Assembly (NCBI GenBank): GCA_037200905.1
Contig: JBBCGN010000005.1
Span: 29,535 to 93,534, forward strand
DNA: 64,000 nucleotides
Reading direction: 5' to 3'
Source of the DNA: a bacterium
Lineage (GTDB): Bacteria > Patescibacteriota > Minisyncoccia > Phycocordibacterales > UBA9973
The notes under the pieces are model-generated. The model searched no databases. It saw only the letters and a program-made list of their open reading frames with translations, and was not told the origin of the DNA. A program made the position numbers and the translations under genes. Positions 9,439-19,272 of the stretch are shown in pieces. How positions within the stretch are numbered: the stretch's first letter is position 1; every line of letters starts with the position of its first letter.

Positions 9439-9707
9439 TTAGTCATGACTATAGAATTTCAATTTCTTCTTGGCCGCTTCAACGATGACGAACACGAAGA
9501 CTGCCACGATAGACGTGACGAAGGTGACGTTGAAGAATCGCGGCGCGCCGACGCCGTAGAGGAGGTCGAGGATGGCGAGGGCGACGATGCCTTCGATATA
9601 GAAGCGGAAATATATCATGCCGAAAAGCACGAGCACGGCCGTCACCCACAGCGGATGAAGAGCATGGACAATACCAGTCCTATTCCGAAAAAGATTCGCA
9701 GCGCCAT
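9439..9707 (-). CDS. small polytopic membrane protein (MreD-like position upstream of the PBP), apparent frameshift near 9655
   Basis: ORF 9439..9645 joins with the ATG at 9707. The product reads MALRIFFGIGLVLSMLFI/PLWVTAVLVLFGMIYFRFYIEG... Function is inferred only from its position next to PBP2. Confidence 0.4.
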
Positions 9708-9745
9708 AGTCTTATCTTACACGGCGCAGAGTGAAATGACAAAAT

Positions 9746-10205
9746 TTAGAATATCAAGCGTATCAGATACCGTATGGCCCAGAGCACGATGAGGAATGAC
9801 AAGCCGTAAAAGAGGATCTGGCTGCCGAGGACGGTGTCGAATACGCCGGTGAAGAAGTGCTCGATGTGCTTGGCAACGGGCAGGAGGCGCTCGTGAAAAG
9901 TCGGATGCTCCCCTTTCTCGGCCGCGTCGAGGGATGACGAGCTCGGCCTCGAGATCCGTCTTCTTCGCATCGAGCTTGCGGTCAAGATCGAGGCGGAAGT
10001 CTTCGGTCACGGCATAGGCGGAACGGATGGAATTCTGTATGAAGGCAGGCGTGTGGTCCACGATCCAGGCCCAGGCGCGCGGAAAGAACGACGTCACGCC
10101 GCTCTCGATCTTCGCATCGGTGTCTTCGCCCTCTGCCCTGACGGCTCCCGCGGGCGCGGCGGCAACGACGATGAGGATCATGAAGAGGACCAAGTTCTTT
10201 TTCAT
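9746..10205 (-). CDS. hypothetical secreted/membrane protein, apparent frameshift near 9935
   Basis: The start MKKNLVLFMILIVVAAAPAGAVRAEG looks like a signal peptide. The C-terminal TM (ILFYGLSFLIVLWAIRYLIRLIF) is in the frame of ORF 9746..9985. Confidence 0.45.
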
Positions 10206-10785
10206 GAGATGATTATACCACTTCGCAAAATAAAAAGAGCAGTGCGCGCGGCGCAAGGCTCTTTTCAGGATTCAATAATAGTCGGTCGCAATGATGCGAA
10301 TGATCGTTGGGGGCTGCGGAAACGGCACGAAAGCGTTGCGGAAGTTTGTCGGCTTTTCAAGCATGGTCGGCGGTCGCGTCATTTCGAAGAAAAGACTTTT
10401 CCAGGAAACTTTTTTGCGTCTCCGTACTACGATGTAACACATGATTTGCTTTTTAGGATTATGAAAAAGAATGCTCCCCCGCAGTATACGACAGGAAGCG
10501 GGTTTTTGCAAAGCCTGCCGGGAAATAAAACAGGGCCGGATAGAAATCCGACCCTCGCTGATCTACTTGCTGTTATATGCTGATATCACTGAGAAAAGAA
10601 CTAAGGAAGGGTCGGATAGAAATCCAACCCTGTTTTTAAAGCCAATATCCTATGAAAAACCGTTTTCAATATAGCATAACCGTATGCGTTCGGCAATAGG
10701 TTTCCATAGGAAATCAAAAAGGGGCCGGAAAATATTCCGAGCCCCTGTACCCGCTGTCCCTATGAAGAATTGTATATAATCTCGT

Positions 10786-10866
10786 TTAGGCCGAATTGAA
10801 ATCCAGCCTATTCTTTGCAGCCCTATATGGATATTGATAGGTATCCATATAAGGATGCATCGGACC
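10786..10866 (-). ncRNA. candidate small RNA (promoter + two hairpins), function unknown
   Basis: It lies downstream of the 10873-10901 promoter. The minus-strand transcript would contain the hairpin 10821-10854 (12-bp stem, 1 mismatch) and repeat copy 10788-10809. No plausible ORF is present. Confidence 0.25.
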
Positions 10867-10872
10867 GCATAC

Positions 10873-10901
10873 ACTATAATCCAAATCACTCCGTATGTCA
10901 A
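10873..10901 (-). promoter_or_regulatory. sigma70-type promoter inside the hairpin-repeat region
   Basis: The minus strand reads TTGACA (10901-10896), a 17-nt spacer, then TATAGT (10878-10873). Confidence 0.4.
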
Positions 10902-11056
10902 GAGGCACAACAAGAAGAAACCCAGAAGAAATTCAGAGAAAAAAGAAAGGGCCTGGATTGAAATCCTGGCCCGTGCTAAATCCGTACCCTATGAAAGAAT
11001 TATTGCGTAGTTTTCTTTTAGCATCATAGCAGACCCGAGAGCGCTGTCAAGATGTG

Positions 11057-11456
11057 TTAGACCGGCTCGGCGCAGTGCGAGCAGCGCTTGGCCCCGATGG
11101 GAATCTCGGACAGGCACTCCGGACATTTCTTGGTAGTGGGATCTGCGGGCGGTTCTTTGCGGGAGCGCGCGATGAGCAGATTCATGGGCTTGACGACGAA
11201 GAAGAATATCGTAGCGGCGACGAGGATGAACGAAATGAGGGCGTTCAAGAAATGTCCGAACATGAAGGTGCTGCCGTGGACGGTGAAAGAGAGCCCGCTG
11301 AAGTCGGGAGTCTTGGCGATGGCGGAGATGAGCGGCGTGATGATATCCGAGGACGAGCGCGGAAACGACGGTGCCGAAGGCCGCGCCGACGACCACGCCC
11401 ACCGCGAGGTCCACGACATTGCCGCGAAGCAGGAACTGTTTGAAATCTTTAAGCAT
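11057..11456 (-). CDS. mscL: large-conductance mechanosensitive channel MscL with C-terminal zinc-ribbon-like tail, apparent frameshift near 11355
   Basis: [35 protein letters not shown] is the canonical MscL N-terminus. The continuation ...[10 protein letters not shown]...[24 protein letters not shown]... is in ORF 11057..11419. The tail reads [24 protein letters not shown]. Confidence 0.88.
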
Positions 11457-11476
11457 AGCCGTATTGTATCACGGGA

Positions 11477-11788
11477 TTATTTCTTGTAAATATTCTTAGG
11501 CTTTGCCGCTCCCCTTTTCTTCTTGGCTTTCTGTATGTTTATGCAGATGAAAAGGATGCCGAGGAGAGCCGTGCTCGCGAGCAAGAGCGTCAGGGGCACG
11601 CTCGAGGCGCCGGTGCCGTCGGCGGCATCGACGGGCACAACCGCGTCCATCTCCATGGTCGGGAGCGATGAAATGACTTGGGCTTTTGTCTGTGCCGGAG
11701 TCTCCGCCGCCCTGCCCGCGATCGGCGCAGAGAGGAATAATGCGACAAGCAGGACGGAAAAAATGCTCATGAAGGATTTCATGAGCAT
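11477..11788 (-). CDS. small secreted protein with C-terminal membrane anchor
   Basis: An in-frame ATG at 11788 within ORF 11477..12028. The product starts MLMKSFMSIFSVLLVALFLSAPIAGRAAE (signal) and ends PLTLLLASTALLGILFICINIQKAKKKRG (TM plus basic tail). Confidence 0.5.
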   Translation of the reverse strand: MLMKSFMSIFSVLLVALFLSAPIAGRAAETPAQTKAQVISSLPTMEMDAVVPVDAADGTGASSVPLTLLLASTALLGILFICINIQKAKKKRGAAKPKNIYKK

Positions 11789-11805
11789 AGTATAACAATT
11801 ACTTT

Positions 11806-12747
11806 TTATAATTTCACGATGCTGTAGTCGTCGAACTGCACATCCATGAAATCCGTGCGGATGCCGCCATAGCCTGCGGCTTTGATCGGCGCGCCGCCGT
11901 AACTCTTGCCGTCGTCTTCGGCCTGGGCCGCCAAGACCCATTTGCCTGTGCGATCTTTGTCCACGTACAGCTTTATGGTGACTGTGCCATCGGCATTCGT
12001 CACCACAACGCTCCGCAACCCTATCCATGAATTTTCCGGCAAGAGGTTCGGATTTTTCTTGTTGTCGTACATACCCGGGAAAAGCGGCACGTATGCCATG
12101 GTGTAGTATGTCTTATCAATCTTCTTCTTTATGACCGCATAGCCGTCCACGCGGATGCCGGTGTAATAGAGATTGAACTCGTCCTGGTAGCGGTTGAAGA
12201 GCAGGAGGCCGTTCGAGGCGTTCCTGTTCGGGCTTGCGCTCAGGTTATCTTTCGTAATTTTAAAATACGCCTCTTGCTGCAGGTTCTGGAATTCCATCCG
12301 CGAGACCAGACGGAAAATATTCTGCGGATAATAGCCATTGTCCGTGTCGAGCGGATTTGAGGCGAGGAATGCCGTGCGGAAATAATCTTTTTCCGGCAAC
12401 GGTCCGGCCACGGTGCTCGCTATGCCGTTCTGGCTGTAGAAATATGCGCCCGAACCGATCCACCACTCCTTGCTCTTGCTTTCGCTGATGTCCCCTGTTT
12501 CGACCACAGTATAGCTCGTGCTGAAATCATCTAAAAATTTTGTAATGCTCGGTGCCGGCATCGGAGGAGTTGGTTTCGGTACGGATGAAGCAACGGGCGT
12601 AATGTCCGGCTCGCTCGGTGCCGTCGCAGGTTCGGTTACCGCATGTGGCGTTTCGAGCTGCGCTTTCATTTTGGAATTGACATACAGCCCCGCGAACGTA
12701 GCGACGGCTATGGCTAGAGCTGAGAAAAGAATAATCTTGTATTTCAT
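11806..12747 (-). CDS. secreted hypothetical protein, likely beta-sandwich, paralogous to the C-terminal modules of the upstream deacetylase
   Basis: ORF of 313 aa. It has a signal/TM MKYKIILFSALAIAVATFAGL and a P/T-rich linker. The C-terminal ...GYGGIRTDFMDVQFDDYSIVKL style resembles lectin/glucanase-like folds. This is a by-eye call only. Confidence 0.6.
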   Translation of the reverse strand: MKYKIILFSALAIAVATFAGLYVNSKMKAQLETPHAVTEPATAPSEPDITPVASSVPKPTPPMPAPSITKFLDDFSTSYTVVETGDISESKSKEWWIGSGAYFYSQNGIASTVAGPLPEKDYFRTAFLASNPLDTDNGYYPQNIFRLVSRMEFQNLQQEAYFKITKDNLSASPNRNASNGLLLFNRYQDEFNLYYTGIRVDGYAVIKKKIDKTYYTMAYVPLFPGMYDNKKNPNLLPENSWIGLRSVVVTNADGTVTIKLYVDKDRTGKWVLAAQAEDDGKSYGGAPIKAAGYGGIRTDFMDVQFDDYSIVKL

Positions 12748-12762
12748 CCTGATCTGATTCTA

Positions 12763-14843
12763 TCAGAATAGCCGAAGACTAGAAAGAAGTGACTTCGATG
12801 CTGTTGACCCTGAAATCAGCGATCTGTTCGTGCCGAAATCGATGCCTACCGAACCGTGTGCCGGTACTTTGCTGTCGCTCGAGTCGAGTATGATCTGGCC
12901 GTTGATGAGGCACTGCATGCGGGCGGCGCGCGATCTCATCGTGAAGTTCCATGGGTTGTATGAGTTTATCCTGACGTCTTTGTTTTCAGCCAATATCTCT
13001 TTTGTTCCTGCCACTACTTTGAACATTGTGACGTCCTTGCCATGATCCGTGAACGTACATGCGGTGTAGTTGTCGGCGTCTTGGTATCGGGTCATGAGCG
13101 TGAAGTCGCTCCTGCCGAGCCAGACGCCTGCAGTGACGGAATAGTCGTTCCACGGAGTGGAATTGTCGAGTATGGAGAAGCGGTTTGCTACCGTGGTCCA
13201 GTCGTATTTCTTCATGCCAGTCGAAACATACGGCATGGTCGGGTCGTCGTAGTATCCTTGCGCTTCGAGCTCGTTCGAAGAGTCACCTGCGGCAACGCTT
13301 GCTATTGGTACTGGCTGCAAGGCTTTTGGCTCCGCATCAAGCGAGCTGATAGTGAAGCTGTGAATGGTAGCATGCGCTTCTTTCGCGTCCCAGACGGAAA
13401 GGCCGCTTGTGCCGCGAGTGAGCGTGGTCGGTGCGCCGTTCGTGACAGTGACGCCGTTGAATGCAGCGCTGACGACGCCCCTCCAGATGCGGATAGAGAT
13501 GTCGGCCCTACTGACTGGCTTCGGCATGTCGTAGGAAGCGATAGTCCTCTCCTTGCCATTTACGCGTTCGATGAGGGACGCATATTTGTTGCCCCAGTCG
13601 AGAGCGATAAGGTTGTCCTCGTTCTTGTAGTACGCGAGGATTGATGTGGACTGCCCTTCTTCGCGGGTCACAGACATTTCTATGTCGTAATTCTTCCACT
13701 CTTCGTCGCCGATGAGCACGCGAGCAGAGGAATGGCAGGGCTCGAGATGAGGCTGATGCCGTTCGTGGTGTCGAGGTTGCCGTAGAGCAATTCAGTCTTG
13801 TTCTTTACCTGCATTGCATCTGCGGGGTTCGGGTACGACAGGTTCGGCTTGGTCGGCGCGAACTGATCGAGGGCGGTTTCAAGGTCGCTCGCGGTCATAT
13901 TCTTGACTTCGAGGCGCTTGATGTCGGTCTTGTCGGTATCTTTATAGTTATAAAAAGTGTCGAGGGCCTTGTTGTCCTTGTCACCTGCTTCGATGAAAGC
14001 CAGCCTGAAAGTTTCGGACACGACCTTCCTATTGAAAGCGCCGGCATCCGGATAGTTCGACTGATCGTCGTCGCCGTAGTGATTGAGCGGCACCGCGAAA
14101 TACTGGGCATCTATGCCGAGGTAATTCTTCAGGTCATGCAGATTGTTCAAATAGTCGAGGCTGACGCGCTGCTCGAAGTTTGCCACACTCTCGAGGTCCG
14201 TCGTCGGAGAATACAAACGTGAAGTGAGGTATACGCCGATATCGCCTTTCGCATCGTTGACGAATTTGTCGTGAGAGTTGCGGCCGTGCGCCTCTATCTC
14301 CCATCGGCCGGAATCGCGCATGTACTTGAGTTCGCTCCATGAGAGGAAGAACGGATCGTTTGAGAGCATGGCGGGGCGCAGTGACCGGGAATATGGTAGC
14401 CTTGAATCCGAGCTTCTTGAAGACTTCGTCAGAGGCGTAGAAGCTGTCACGTCGTCCGTCATCGAAGGTGATGATGACAGGCTTCGGAGGCAGTATGAAT
14501 TTTCCTTCTCGGAATGCGTCGTAGTCGGCGATAGATATGGTCTGATAGCCGTTGCGCTTGAGCATCTCCATCTGGGCGACGAAGTTCTCGCGCGTAGTAT
14601 TGGTGCCCAGATGCCCCGGCCGGCGATGATGCCGTGGTACATGAGTATCGGCACGCCTTGCGCGGGCGCGAGGTCAGAGACGTCTTCGGCGACGAGATCC
14701 TCGGGCGGGGTGTAGCTGTACGTATATGCGTGCGTGCGGATGGCGATGAGGAATTTCGTGGCGAGCGGAAAGAGGTATGTGACGATTCCCACCACGAGGG
14801 CGATGACTGCGAACAAATAAAAATATTTCTTATATGTTTTCAT
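12763..14843 (-). CDS. membrane-anchored polysaccharide deacetylase (NodB/CE4) fused to two beta-sandwich modules, at least 3 apparent frameshifts
   Basis: ORFs 13680..14843, 14134..14571 and 12763..13719 join into one product. It has an N-terminal TM, PILMYHGI, the NodB motif ITFDDGRRDSFY, and a tail continuing ...LISSPAIPLLA/LIGDEEWKNYDIEM... Confidence 0.7.
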
Positions 14844-14848
14844 GAAAT

Positions 14849-16080
14849 TTATCTGGTGCCCCAGCCGGTTTTCTTAAGGGTAAAAAGCGCGTACGGCATC
14901 TGCCACAGGAATACGGTGACGAACAGGAATGAGAAGAGCGGCATGTACATCCAGTTCTCGAGGCCGTGATAGACCCGCACGAAGAGCGCGAAGACGGTGC
15001 CGAGGAGCAGGAAGCCGCACATGAATACGAGGAAGAGCACCGGATTATGGGTGATGATACTGCGCGCGAGGATCACCGCAGCCAGTATCGGGCCGACGAT
15101 CGGGAAAGAAAAGTTCACATAGAAAGCGAAGCTCGCGAGCGGGTGGCGCTTTTTCCACATGAAGAGTCCTGCGAATGCGCCTTCGCGGATCCAGGATTTC
15201 TTCCAGCGGAGCTGCTGCTTGAGGTAGGTCTTGAATTTCTCTGGTACCGTCGTGGTGGCCTGTGCGGCCTGGCAGTAGACGATGTCCCAGCTCTTGCGGA
15301 GGACGTAGTTCGTCAGTCCGCGGTCGTCGCCGAAGGTAGATTTCGAGCCGAAGAACTTGTGCTCTCTCCAGGCCTCGACGAGGGGCTCGACCGCAGACTT
15401 GCGGTAGGCGCTGAAGCATCCCGGGCAGCAGGTTACTGATTGGTGCACGCTCTCGCTCGCCTTGTAGACGTCGAACGAGACGGCGTACTGGATGGACTGC
15501 ATCTTGGTGAGCAGGTCGCATTGATATTTTCCACTTTCGTGTTTCCGGCGACTGCGCCGACTTTCGGGTTGGCCATGAAGTGTTCTGCCAAATGACGGAT
15601 GCCGTCTACCGCGACGAAAGAGTCGGAGTCAATAAAGGTAACGATTTCGTATTTCGCTTCGTTGATGCCGACAGCCATGGCTTCACGCTTGCCGAGGTTT
15701 TTGGGGAACGAAATGACTTTTACATGTTCTGCGCCGTAGGTATCGCGGGCGCGGTGCATTTCCGCGAGAGTGCCGTCGGTCGAGCCGTCGTCGATGACGA
15801 TGCACTCGATGATGCCCTGGTATTCGCTTGCCATGGCAGTGGAAATAGTTTTGAAAATTCCTCCCTCTTCGTTTTTGCAGGCGATGACGACGGATACGTT
15901 CGGGTATTCGCTCGCGGAGTATACAGCGGTGTGGTCATCCTTATGGAGGTATGCGTATGGCAGGCGCGAGATCAGGAAGAGCGTCGCGATCAATCCGTAG
16001 ATAGTCCAGAACGAAGGCACGAGGGCCATGTTTGCGATGAAGACTACTTTGTACAGGATCAGTCCGGTCAGAAGGGGCAA
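14849..16080 (-). CDS. processive GT2 synthase of the hyaluronan-synthase/NodC/chitin-synthase type, one apparent frameshift near 15515
   Basis: ORFs 15433..16080 and 14849..15502 join. Motifs present: VVIACKNEE, VIDDGSTDGT, FIDSDSF, CCPGCFSAYRK, FGDDRGLTNY, and KQQLRWKKSWIRE (QxxRW). Several C-terminal TM helices follow. Confidence 0.8.
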
Positions 16081-16180
16081 GAAAGAAAAATCATGATGAA
16101 TGATTCCTTTACGATGCTGAAAACGCGGTCCCAGCCTGTGAAATTTTCTGTATTTTTAAGTATGTATGCTTTCATAAATA

Positions 16181-17427
16181 TTATCGGCCGATGCCTTTGT
16201 ATGATATGTCTGCCGCGACGAATTTATCCTTTGGCAGACAATTACGACCGTCGATGATGACACGTACGCCTTTGCTCATGAAATATTCGGGAGTGAGCTC
16301 TTTGAAGACTTTGTGAGCGGTAGGCGATGATTGACTACCTTTGCACCGAGCAGCGCGTCCTCGAGAGTCTTCGCGGTCGACTTGTCGAGCACGTACGGAT
16401 CGTACGAGGTGACATGCGCGCCGATTTCTTCCAGGTGCTCGATGATCTCGAATGACGGGCTCTCGCGGCAGTCTTCGATGTTCGCTTTGTATGCGAGGCC
16501 GAGGACGGTCACTTTCGTGTCCGCGATATCGACGCCAAGCTTCTCGAGTTCTTTGACCGCGAGGCCGACAGCGAACTTCGGCATGCCGTTGTTCACGGTG
16601 CGAGCAAGCGCAAGGAATTCATGGTTGAAGCCGTTCTGCTTTGCGTAATCGATCAAGTAGTACGGGTCGACCGGGATACAGTGTCCGCCGACGCCAGCGC
16701 CTGGGTAGTGAGCCATGAAGGCGAAAGGCTTGGTGGCAGAGCCGTTGATGACATTGACAACGTCGATGCCGAGCTTCGAGAATGACATGGCGAGCTCGTT
16801 CACGAATGCGATATTCACGTCACGGAAGGCATTTTCCACGATCTTTACGGATTCAGCTTCTTTGAGCGAACCCATTTCTTTCACTTCGCCGTCTATGATA
16901 GAGCGATAGAGTTCTGCGGCCATCTTGAGGCCGGCAGCATCGAGCGCGCCCACGACGCGAGGGATATTCCGGACGGTCCATTTCTCGTCGCCGGGATTGA
17001 TGCGTTCAGGACAGTGCGCGAGATAGAAATCTACGCCGGCTTTGAGGCCGGATTCTTTTTCGAGTATTGGCAGGGCGACTGTCTCGCAGACGCCCGGGTT
17101 CACCGTAGATTCGAGGACCACGAGCTGGCCCTTCGAGAGGTATTTGGCCACGCTTCGGCATGCGCCGACGACCGGTTCGAGATTAGGCAGCTTGGTGTCG
17201 TACACAGGAGTAGGTACGCAGATGATGATGGCAGCAGCATCCTTGATGGCACTGAAGTCATCTGTCACGGTGATCGGCGCATCTTTGAGCTCGGCGATCT
17301 TCTTCTGGCTGATTTCGACGCCGATGACATCGTAGCCCTTTTCGGCGGCGAGCAATGCCAAAGGCAGTCCGACGTATCCGAGGCCGACAATCGCGACTTT
17401 TTTGTTGTTCTCCATATTTTTCTCCAT
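16181..17427 (-). CDS. nucleotide-sugar dehydrogenase (UDP-glucose 6-dehydrogenase family), apparent frameshift near 16322
   Basis: VAIVGLGYVGLPLALLAAEKGYDV is a Rossmann motif, and GVGGHCIPVDPYYL carries the catalytic Cys. The true C-terminus AHKVFKELTPEYFMSKGVRVIIDGRNCLPKDKF...GIGR* is recovered in another frame. Confidence 0.82.
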
Positions 17428-17664
17428 ATACTTTACTGGTAATACAAGCTATTGACTAATCTATTAATATGTGAGCTAGAATATCATATTATATATAAAA
17501 AGTCAAGTTTTATTGCCCTTTTTTCCGGATTCGGCCGGATTTCCCGCATACCTTGACAAAGAAGGCTGAAATACCGCGAATACTGTTCGCTGAAACGATG
17601 CCGGGGCTATGCCGTCTTATCTAGTAAGGTCGAGTTTTTTGACAGGCCTGCACGGATTACTTAT

Positions 17665-19272
17665 ATGAAAAAAGTACAAGCACAACAAGAGACCGGGCAC
17701 GTAAACGTCTTTTTCTCTGCGTTCTTCAATATTCTGTGCATCCTTCTGGTGGTCGCCCTATCACTCTTGTTCCTGCGCTTCCTCTCAGCTATCTCTATGT
17801 GTTCTCATACCGCATGGTGGCCATCTTCCTGATCGCCATCTTCCTGTCGAACATCTTTGCGAAATTAATAAAGAACATCTCTCCCATTATGAAGAAAAAG
17901 CTCTTGTCTGACCGTACCGTCAAAATACTGACCTATATCGCCCTGTATGCCGTCCATGGGCTGGATCGTGGCGTCCGTATTCGTGCTCAAGGCCACCGAG
18001 GGTCAACCAGTTTCCCGTCCTTCGCGGGATCATCATACTCTTCGCGACCGTACTTCTGGCAAAATACTTCCTCTACATGATCGTCAGCCGTGGCACGACG
18101 TGGTGAATTTCTTCTATAACAAGAAGCATCGCGCCGAGATCGAGGCATACCGTCCGCTCGTCTCGGTGATGATACCCGCCTGGAACGAATCGCAGGGCAT
18201 CCTGAACACCATGAAGACGGTGCTCTTGAGCACGTACCGTAACATGGAGCTCGTGGTGGTGAACGACGGCTCGACGGACGACTCCGACAAGCTCATCAGG
18301 AATTTCCTCGCCGATTATGAGAGCTGGACGGACGGAGTGAACGACATCCGCATCATTTACGACTACAAGTCGAACGGCGGCAAGGGCCGGGCGCTCAACC
18401 GCGCCATCGAGCTCTCGCACGGCGACATCATCATCTCGATCGACGCCGATTGCATCGTGCTGCCGGATACCATCGAGAACTTCGTATCTTGCTTTTCCAA
18501 TCCGCGCGTCATGGCCGCTGTCGGCAACGTGAAGATCGGCAATACCACAAAGATCATCGGCGTCATCCAGTACCTGGAATACCTGTTCTCGTTCTATTTC
18601 AAGAAGGCCGAGTCCATCTTGAACACCATCTACATCATCGGAGGCGCGGCCGGCGCCTTCGCCGCGAAGTCTTCGAGAAGCTCGGCGTCTACAATACCAC
18701 CAACATCACCGAGGACATCGACTTGTCCGTGCGCATCCAGGACGCCGGCATGAAGATCGTCTATGCCGACCGGGCCGTGGTGTTTACCGAAGGCGCGAAC
18801 GACATCGCCGGCCTGCGCAAGCAGCGCTTCCGCTGGAAAGCTCGGCCGGTTCACCACGTTCCGCGACTTCAAGCATCTGTTCTTCAGCACCGACAAGAAG
18901 CACAACAAGATACTGACGTGGCTCATCCTGCCGCTCGCCATCTTCGGCGAGATGCAGATATCGCTCGAGGTCTTCTTCCTGGCCTTCCTGTACCTCTACG
19001 CCTTCCTGACGAACGATTTCACCTCGTTCCTGTCCGGCGTGGCCGTAGTCGCTACCATCTTCTTCGTGCAGATGTTCTTCGACGACAGGAAGAATCACTC
19101 GTTCTCCTTCTATATCCTCGCGCCCATCGGCTGGCTGCTCTTCTACCTGACCACGTTCATCGAGTGGAGCGCCTTCTTCGCGTCCATCAAGTCGACGATG
19201 CTCCACAAGATGCCGAAGTGGCAGCGCTGGAAGCCGCGAGGGCCTGGCCAAGGACCTGATACAAAATTATGA
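17665..19272 (+). CDS. GT2 polysaccharide synthase (PgaC/IcaA-like), about 4 apparent frameshifts
   Basis: Fragments 17665.., 17736..18080, 17947..18753, 18450.. and 18763..19272 join. Motifs present: SVMIPAWNES, VVNDGSTDDS, SIDADC, GGAAGAF(RREVFEKLG), QRFRWK (QxxRW), and a C-terminal TM bundle. Confidence 0.72.

Larger units (their letters stand above)
10533..10972 (-). repeat. five related hairpin repeats (core GGATTTC[TA]ATCC)
   Basis: Copies lie at 10533-10554, 10609-10630, 10721-10745, 10788-10809 and 10949-10972. Spacing is irregular (54-139 nt). Three copies have G:T wobble pairs only when read on the minus strand. Four of five are followed by T-rich tracts on the minus strand. Confidence 0.7.

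Noticed and set aside
10272-10913. ORFs 10272..10511(-), 10471..10674(+) and 10650..10913(-) in the hairpin-repeat gap
   Set aside because: They read straight through the palindromic repeats, so the similar peptide strings (GxDF[NY]P / G[PS]DRNPTL) are a by-product of nucleotide repeats. They have no credible starts and an odd composition.
10533-10972. CRISPR array or integron attC sites as an explanation for the five palindromic repeats
   Set aside because: Spacing is irregular (54-139 nt between copies) and the repeats are not identical in length or sequence. No cas or intI gene is present, and no R'/R'' attC core motifs were seen. The repeats look like terminator-type hairpins instead.
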